Below, piece after piece: positions 56,208 to 64,000 of a stretch of DNA of 64,000 nucleotides. Where the stretch lies: NCBI RefSeq assembly GCF_006345805.1, contig NC_042997.1:190340001-190404000 (forward strand). The letters run 5' to 3'. A model generated the notes under the pieces. That model had not been told where the DNA came from. It made no database searches and worked only from the letters and a program-made list of their open reading frames with translations. Source of the DNA: Octopus sinensis. Taxonomy: Eukaryota. The stretch's first letter is position 1, and every line of letters starts with the position of its first letter. Position numbers and translations under genes: made by a program.

Positions 56208-56650
56208 CCCTTCTTCTTTTTCTTCTTCTTCTTCTACTTCTCCTCCTCTTCCTCCTTTTTCTCCTCCTCCTCCTCCTCCTTCTTCTTCTCCTTCTTCTTC
56301 TTCTCCTTCTTCGTCTTCTTCGTCTTCTCCTTCTTCTTCTTCTTCTTCTTCTTCTTCTTCGTCTTCTTCTTCTCTTCTTCTTCTTCTTCGTCTTCTCCTT
56401 CTTCTTCTCCTCCCCGTCTTCTCCTTCTTCGTCTTCTCCTTCTTCGTCTTCTCCTTCTTCGTCTTCTCCTTCGTCTTCTCCTCCTTCTTCTCCTTCTTCG
56501 TCTTCTTCTTCTTCTCCTCCTTCTTCTCCTCCTCCTCCTCCTCCTTCTTCTTTTTCTTCTTCTTCTTCGTCTTCTCCTTCTTCGTCTTCTTCTTCTTCTT
56601 CTTCTTCTTCTTCGTCTTCTTCTTCACATCACTCCTCGTCTTCCTTCTTC
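56150..56650. repeat. compound (CAC)(CAT)(CTT/CCT/CGT) trinucleotide tract, polypyrimidine
   Basis: Read directly. Confidence 0.95.
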
Positions 56651-57287
56651 CATACATCCTTCCATTTCCCTTTTTTGTTTGTTTTTTTTTATACCTCCCA
56701 CCCTTACCCCCACTCTGATCTTTTGTAAAACTCTCCCATTGTTGATATTTTTTTTTGTCTTCTGTTCAAATGTCAGTTTTACTCCTTGCGTTACGTCTTT
56801 GTTACGATCGTCTTAAAAATAAAAGAAGTCACATTCAACACCGCCGCCGCCACCAGCAAGTTATAACAACAACGCCAACAAAACCAGCGGCAGCCACAGT
56901 AGCAGCAGCAGCAGTATCACCACTACTACTACCACCACAACCACCAGCACCACCACCAACAACAACAGCATTAGCAACATCAACGGAACCAAAATTAGCA
57001 CAAGATATGGCACGAAAAACAAGAGAAACACGAAAAGCGGCTTTATTTTCTCTTATCTTCATCGTCGTCGTCACACTTCTCGTTCGTTCGTCACCTTCTC
57101 CTCCTTCCCCTCTTCTTTCTCTCTTCTTCTTCTTCTTCTCCTTCTCTTTCCTTCTTCTTCTTCTTCTTCTTCTTATTCTTCTTCTTCTCTTATTTTAATT
57201 CTTTTATTATTATTATTAATATTATTATTATTATTATTATTATTATTACTTATTATTACTATTATTATTATTACTATTACATTATTA

Positions 57288-57319
<32 letters not shown>

Positions 57320-57745
57320 TATTATTATGTATCTATTTTTTTTTGTGTGTGTGAGTGAAAGCCGGTCGAACAATAGTTGAAAGAATAAGAATTACAATAC
57401 CAAAATGTACAAAAAAAAACAAAACAAAAAAATAAAATCAAAAACAAAATCAAAAACAAAATACAAAAGCCAAAATCTCATGATGGCGTCGTCGGGCGAG
57501 ATGGAGGTGGTGGTATTAACAATGTAAATGTGTAAATGTAAATGAAATTAAAGAAATAACTATAGTATCAATGGCAGGCACAAACAGAACCCAAAACAAC
57601 GGCAAACACTTGAACAAAAACCAATAACAAATGGCAAAAGAAAAGGAAAAAAGAAACTGAATAACAAATTGATTAATTTTCATTAGACACAAGACCAATT
57701 TATGCATGAAAATGATATGCATATTTATGTGTGCGTGTGTGGTGA

Positions 57746-57795
<50 letters not shown>

Positions 57796-57843
57796 TGTAT
57801 GTATGTATGTAGTATATATATATATAATATATATATATATATA

Positions 57844-57954
57844 CAGTAATGCCTCGATAAAGGAGTTAATTCGTTCCCAGAGAACGCTCGTAAAGCGAAT
57901 ACTCGTAAAGCCGATGTTTCGCAAAGCGGGTCCTCGTAAAGTGAGGTATTACTG
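57844..57954. mobile_element. 111-bp pogo/Tigger-like MITE
   Basis: TA|CAGTAATGCCTC ... GAGGTATTACTG|TT TIRs (11/12 match); internal CTCGTAAAG repeats. Confidence 0.75.
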
Positions 57955-58689
57955 TTTGTGTGTGTATATATATATATGGGTGTGTGTGTGTGTGTGTCCA
58001 ACAAACATCGCTTGACAACCGTTGCTGATGTGTCTACATCTGGCAAAAATGATCAATAGAATAAGTACTAGACTTACAAAGAACAAGTCTTGGGGTCCAT
58101 TTGCTCGAGTAAAGGCGGCGCTCCAGCATGGCCGCAGGCAAATGATTGAAACATTGAAAGAATAAAAGAATAATATATATATATATATATATATTATAAA
58201 TATATATATATATATATATAATATATATATATAATATATATATATATTATATATATATATATATATTATATATATATATATATCGTATATAAATACATAT
58301 ATGCACACACACACACACACGCATTCACTATGAGGATATTTAAACCTCGTATAGGGATAGCTTTATTCAAGATACCCTGGTTTAATACAGTATATTTTGA
58401 TGAGATATTTCTTGAATAAATATATAATAAAACATCAAATATTATTAAATTTGAAAATGGAGAGATTCAATGCATATGAATTAATAAATAAATTAACATT
58501 GCCTACAATTGTTTCACTTCATACAATTTAAATTACAAAACATGTAAGTTTGCATTTTGAGTATCCTTTGTGGATGATCTTCAGGGCAAAATGGATATTA
58601 TAGAGTTTAGATTTTGATCAGTTGAAATACTGATATATATATATATATAATATAAGAGAACAAAGTGTACGTACGCCGCTCTGCACGCA

Positions 58690-58870
58690 TTTTTTTTCTC
58701 TCTTTGTTTCTCTCCGTGTTTCTTTTCTGTGTATCTTTCTGTTGAAGAGCGTAGGCTCGAAACGTAAAAGCCTTGTTTAATTTCTATTCCTGAGCGCCAT
58801 ACTAATACAATTGTTTGTTTGTACTCCACCTGCCTTCGTCTTTTGTTTATTTTCATAAAGCTTCCCGTTA
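58690..58870 (+). mobile_element. Penelope-like fragment with degenerate hammerhead core
   Basis: CTTT-CTGTTGA-AGAGCGTAGGCTC-GAAAC-GTA-AAAG. Confidence 0.55.
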
Positions 58871-58896
58871 TATATATATAGATAGATAGATACAAA

Positions 58897-59097
58897 TGGG
58901 ACAAGAACGCAAAACATCCAGATAGACGATACAAAAAACACGGACGGGTCATTCGAAGCCTTTAATCTTCAGTGAAGAAACGGATCATCCAGCCGAAATT
59001 GCGAGGATGATCCAGTTCTTGACTGAAGATTAATGACTTCGAGTGACTCGTCCGTGTTTTTTGTATCGTCTATCTGGATGTTTCGCGTTCTTGTCCT
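58897..59097. repeat. about 200-bp palindrome (fold-back of family P3)
   Basis: GGACAAGAACGCAAAACATCCAGATAGACGATACAAAAAACACGGACG...GGATCATCC, short spacer, GGATGATCC...CGTCCGTGTTTTTTGTATCGTCTATCTGGATGTTTCGCGTTCTTGTCC. Confidence 0.9.
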
Positions 59098-59139
59098 ATG
59101 TGTATGTATATATATATATATATACATACAAATATCATC

Positions 59140-59395
59140 AAGGACTCTCCCGTCGTTAGACAATGCATGAGGAATCGGCAATTTCTTGCCGAACAACTGC
59201 ACAGATAATTTGTTTCTGGCGATCAAATGTTTGTGTACACATAAGCTCACTCCCTCCATCAAATCGACATCACCTCTCCCGGTGCATTGTGTGCCACTTG
59301 TCAGATGACGAAATGATCGCAGAGCAACGTGAAATGAAGTGCTTCGCCCAAGAACACAACGCAACACCCGGTCTGGGAATCGAACCCACGATCAC
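59140..59395 (-). mobile_element. partial SINE, core D + tail T6
   Basis: D core GTGTTCTTGGGCGAAGCACTTCATTTCACGTTGCTC followed by a tail not seen elsewhere in the window. Confidence 0.6.
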
Positions 59396-59429
59396 ATGTG
59401 TGTGTGTGTGTGTGTATGTGTGTGTGTTT

Positions 59430-59700
59430 GTGACCGTATTAGCCAGGATATCAGATGTTATTATACATTGTTGGTCAGAGTGTGCTTCGCATTGTTTTAG
59501 ATTTGGCTCAGGCGCGTAGGTCAACATAATTATTGAATGGAATGCAAGTCTGTCAATGGGTTACCCATTTACAGCTGAGTACAGTAGGGCAACGTGAAAT
59601 GAAGTATTCCGCTCAAGAAAGTACGCACAGCCGGTCTGAGAGTCGAACCACGATCTCGAGGATGTGAGTGCGACAACCTCACCACTAAACCCCGTTCCTT
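59430..59700 (-). mobile_element. diverged SINE, core D + tail T3
   Basis: T3 motif ATCAGATGTT...TTCGCATTGTTTTAG joined to a D-type core and head. Confidence 0.6.
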
Positions 59701-59816
59701 TACATATACACGCGCGCGCGAGCATACACTACTTCTGCTCCATTCACTACTACCCTACTGCTTCTCCACTACTACCCTACTACTTCTACTGTCACTTGCT
59801 TCCTACTCCTCATAGG

Positions 59817-60199
59817 GGAGGCGCAATGGCCCAGTGGTTAGGGCAGCGGACTCGCGGTCATAGGATCGCGGTTTCGATTCCCAGACCGGGCGTTGTGAGT
59901 GTTTATTGAGCGAAAACACCTAAAAGCTCCACGAGGCTCCGGCAGGGGATGGTGGTGATCCCTGCCGTACTCCTTCACCACAACTTTCTCTCACTCTTAC
60001 TTCCTGTTTCTATTGTACCTGTATTTCAAGGGGCCGGCCTTGTCACTCTCTGTGTCACGCTGAATATCCCTGAGAACTACGTTAAGGGTACACGTGTCTG
60101 TGGAGTGCTCAGCCACTTACACGTTAATTTCACGAGCAGGCTGTTCCGATGATTCGGATCAACCGGAACCCTCATCGTCGTAACCGACGGATTGCTTCC
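59817..60199 (+). mobile_element. full-length SINE, core C + tail T1
   Basis: 11-bp TSD ACTCCTCATAG at 59805-59815 and 60200-60210. Confidence 0.9.
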
Positions 60200-60902
60200 A
60201 CTCCTCATAGAGTTTTTATCAATTTGTAGTCATGGACTGATAGATTCTTTTAATTTTGGTCAATTCCAACTTGTTTTATATAATAGCAAAGAAAAAGTAA
60301 AAAGAAGACTTGTGAATTACAACCAAGTACCGTGTTAACAAACCAATACTAACACCAAGCAATGACAACCAGAACGACTGACCTACATATATAAAAATAT
60401 ATTTATTATCCAGAAACACGGATTCTGACAACAACCTCGCCCTCGCCCCGCCCCCAAACAGATGCAGTGAAACCTTGTCAGTAGAAATTGCTGCAAAGAA
60501 AATTTTGACACCAAACTATGTCTAAGTGAAATTACCAGTCACTGTGTGTATTGAATGGCTAATATGTGCCTTCCACGTTCTATCAAGAAACTCGAACGAA
60601 TATAAAAGTAACAGTCTTCGACGGATTTTCTTCCGTTTGCTCATCCAATACATACACGCGCGTAGAGTGGAGTTAAATAATTAAGCGACAGATATCGTTT
60701 TACTGGTTCTCGTCACTGAGATGGATACCCTGGTCACCGTGTTCTTGGTGGGAATAGACCTTTACATTTATACTAGTACGTGCTTTTCGAGCACGGAGTT
60801 ATGTAATACTGAAGTAGTGACTCGGGTGTATTGCATTGTTTAATTAGACCAATCGGCTTACATCATAACGGAAAATGGCTTACAGAAGGATGCGGATACT
60901 AG

Positions 60903-61301
60903 AAGGCGGCGAGCTGGCAGAAACGTTAGCACGCCGGGCGAAATGCTTAGCGGCATTTCGTCTGCCGTTACGTTGTGAGTTCAAATTCCGCCGAGGTCGA
61001 CTTTGCCTTTCATCCTTTCTGGGTCGATAAATTAAGTACCAGTTACGCACTGGGATCGATGTAATCTACTTAATACGTTTGTCTGTCCTTGCTTGTCTCC
61101 TCTGTGTTTAGCCCCTTGTGGGTAGTAAAAATAGGTATTTCGTCTGTCGCTATGTTCTGAGTTCAAATTCCGCCGAGGTCGACTTTGCCTTTCATCTTTC
61201 GGCGTCGAGTAAATAAGTACCAGTTACGCACTGGGATCGACGTAATCGGCTTAATCCGTTTGTCTGTCCTTGTCTGTCCCCTCTGGGCAGTAAGGAAATA
61301 A
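60903..61301 (+). mobile_element. SINE A dimer (one head + two bodies)
   Basis: Junction AAAAATA|GGTATTTCG near 61133. Confidence 0.85.
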
Positions 61302-62276
61302 GGATGCTTACATTTTTCTGTGTTCACTTGTTGCTATATGGTGGATCGGATTCTTCACGCTAATCCATCCGGAGTTGATCGACCAATCAAAATGGACTGT
61401 CGCACATTTGCACTATACCCCAAAACTTTGGTAACACGTCGCGCCATGTGGCGTATCTCTTACTGTGAGTCTATGTGTTTGATTTGTTTGTTTGTTTGTT
61501 TATTTCTCTCTCTCCCATTCTCTCTGTCCCTAACTCTCTCTCTAGCTCTCTCTCTCTCTTTCTCCCTATTTTTCTCTGCTGTTGAGTGAAGTATACAACG
61601 GGAGAAAGAGAAAAAAATAATGATACAAATATGCAGGAAGCATGATAATGATGGTTTCGAAAATAAGGTGGAAACCGAAATCACGTTGCTACGGTTTCAG
61701 TCCCGCTGCGGAGCGCCTTGGCAAAGATACCTTCTACGACGGTCCCGAAGCAATCAATTCCATCTGCATCAATTTGGAAGACGAAAATTATATAGAAATC
61801 CGTCTTTTGTGCCTTCACGCGCGTATGAGTATGTGTGTGTGCGCGCGCGCGTGCATCTATCTATCTACCTATATATATATTTCAGTATAATATATGTATG
61901 TGTGTGTCCGTGTATGCGTTTGTCTCCACATCGCTTAACGACTAGTACTAGGTTGTTTACGTAGGGTCGTGATGTAACAAAAGAAAATACACTTAAAAAA
62001 ATTAGGTGTTTCGCTCATAAACACACACATCGCCTGGTCTGAGACTCGAACCCACGATCCCTCGACTGCGAGTCTGCTGCTCTAACCTCTAGGCCATGTA
62101 CCTGCACGGCCAAATTTATTGAGGTATTGAAAAATAAAATTTTTGTAGTGACATAACATCCCATTTCTTGTAATCTTATCAATCTTCCAGCTTGCTCTTA
62201 AATTAATAATTCGCGTTATAATAAATGTGATAATTTGCGTTATAATAAATGCACGAAGATTCGCGTTATAATAAAT

Positions 62277-62517
62277 CTACGACGATTTCATCTCAATCGA
62301 AGGAGAGGAGCTTTCTCCGTCCGGGTTGCGGATCCGTGAGAATAAGCTGCCGGACGAGATAGTGAAAATGCCGACGACCGCTCGGTTCAAAGTCTCTCTT
62401 GACCAAAAAATGGCCTGAACTCTTTGTATGACCACCCTCCTTGTACATAACTCCCTGTCCCCCTACATGGCCTTGCTTTTGCTTTTTGAGCCAATAAAAA
62501 TTGAATTGAATTGAATT
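62277..62517 (+). mobile_element. CR1-type LINE 3' end
   Basis: LRRFHLNRRRGAFSVRVADP / NKLPDEIVKMPTTARFKVSLDQK; (TTGAA)n tail; homologous to the 9760 copy. Confidence 0.8.
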
Positions 62518-64000
62518 AAAAATGTAAAATAGAGGTAAATTCTGAACAAAATGTAGCCATTTACTGTGTTTCTGTTCCAGGTTTCGATTATGTTCCATCA
62601 GTTGAGTCAATAATTATTTTGAGAAAAGTATTGACGTCAGACCAACGTTATCATTTTATTACGCTATAAATTTATGATGCTCAGTACTTATGGAAAAGAT
62701 ATCAGAAGCATTACCTTATATCTGGTCTGATGCGGAAGTAAAAAGTTTCCAGTTACGATTGTGGACTTGAAGAAATTTTACAGATTTTTTCTTTTGTGAA
62801 AAAATTAATTCAGATAACGTAACTTCGTATTTTTCTTTTTACCATTTCAAAGAAACTCGCTTGTTGTTAAAGAAAATATTATTTCAGTTTGATTCAAAGT
62901 TTTATTTTAAATAAACAACTGTCTCTTTGCAATAATGATGGCGATGGTGAACGATGGTGATGGTGTTGTTGATAACGATAATGAAATGAATAACGAAGCT
63001 AATTACTAGAGAAAGTAAAGACATAAACAAAAAACATAAATAAAACTTAATTGCACCTAAAAGAAAAATCAATCCTACAAAAGAAATTCATTAAGTGAGA
63101 AGACAGAAAAGAAGAAGAAAAAAGTGGAATAACATTAAACTAAAAATATAAGGCAAACTGTGAGTTTAAAAACATGAGTGGCTGAGAGAAGGAGGGAGGG
63201 AGGGACAGAGAGAGAGAGGGGGGGAGAAAGAGATCAAGATAGAGAGATAAACAGAGGGAGAGGTGATTAGATAAAGAAGATAGATACAAATTGTGTGAGA
63301 GTGAGGAGTGATAGATAGATAGATAGATGGATGGATGGATAGAAAGGGAAAGAGAAAGATAGAAGTATTTATTTGTTGTGTCATTTTTATGTTCTTGTTT
63401 CAGTTTGGTTTAAATATAATTTAAATAATTGGAAAAAAAATTATCGGAAACTGAAAAGAGCTACAAATATTAACAAAAGAATGTTTGCAGCACTTTTGTA
63501 AAATTATTTTAAAAAAATTTTCCTGAAAATAAAGCCAAAAAATAGCTATAAAGCAATAATGATTTCTGTTGATTAACCAAAAAAAAAAAAGAAAAAAAGA
63601 ACAACTTCATGGAAGAAACTCTATAGACGGTGAAAAAAGAAAAGAAAAACAACTAAAAAAACACTAAGTATATTTGCACTCATTTTATCAATCAACTGTC
63701 GAAAGCTTCAAGGAAATATAGTCCTCAACGGAATTTCAATGTATTAGTGAGATATTAAAGTAGATATTACATAGCAGAGTATCTTACCGACACACTACCT
63801 TCTCTAGTAGTAACTGCACTAGCTTACAAATAAATAGTTATATTTGAATTGCTAAACAGCTACAGCTAAATGGCAAGCATAAATTGTTGGATTTTGGCTT
63901 AAATGAACTACGTAAACCAGACGGACGACAACCATGCTAAAAGCTATGTTGAGTTGCACCAACGAAACGTTGTACATACTGTAGCTCGACCTGCAAGAAA

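Noticed and set aside
55964-57198. Poly-L, poly-S, poly-K/E and poly-H ORFs of 147-254 aa
   Set aside because: Open in several frames on both strands because of trinucleotide repeats; no recognisable domain.
59817-59890. tRNA gene (A and B boxes present; also at 8396, 17633 and others)
   Set aside because: Continues into a SINE body flanked by a TSD, and no clean cloverleaf could be built.
62206-62276. Three copies of GCGTTATAATAAAT next to the CR1 fragment
   Set aside because: Small local tandem duplication with no evidence of function; 13367-13408 is similar.

Overview
AT-rich, non-coding eukaryotic DNA packed with microsatellites and short interspersed repeats. The repeat content looks like an Octopus (cephalopod) genome; this is an inference from remembered repeat sequences, not a database match. 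No host gene can be supported, and almost every ORF in the track is translated microsatellite or repeat sequence. Contents: (1) several tRNA-derived SINE families, labelled A-D here with working names only. Families C and D share several 3' tails combinatorially, and many chimeras have their own target-site duplications (TSDs). (2) Head-to-tail family-A multimers with a recurrent junction, including a tetramer flanked by one 18-bp TSD. (3) Many short Penelope-like fragments embedded in (TA)n, several carrying minimal hammerhead-ribozyme cores and some forming fold-back inversions. (4) An internally deleted mariner, a clean non-autonomous Helitron, a pogo/Tigger-like MITE, two CR1-type LINE 3' ends and a (TAA)n-associated retroelement. 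One weak Cys-rich exon candidate lies on the minus strand near 17 kb. Repeat boundaries were read by eye and are approximate unless a TSD or terminus is quoted.
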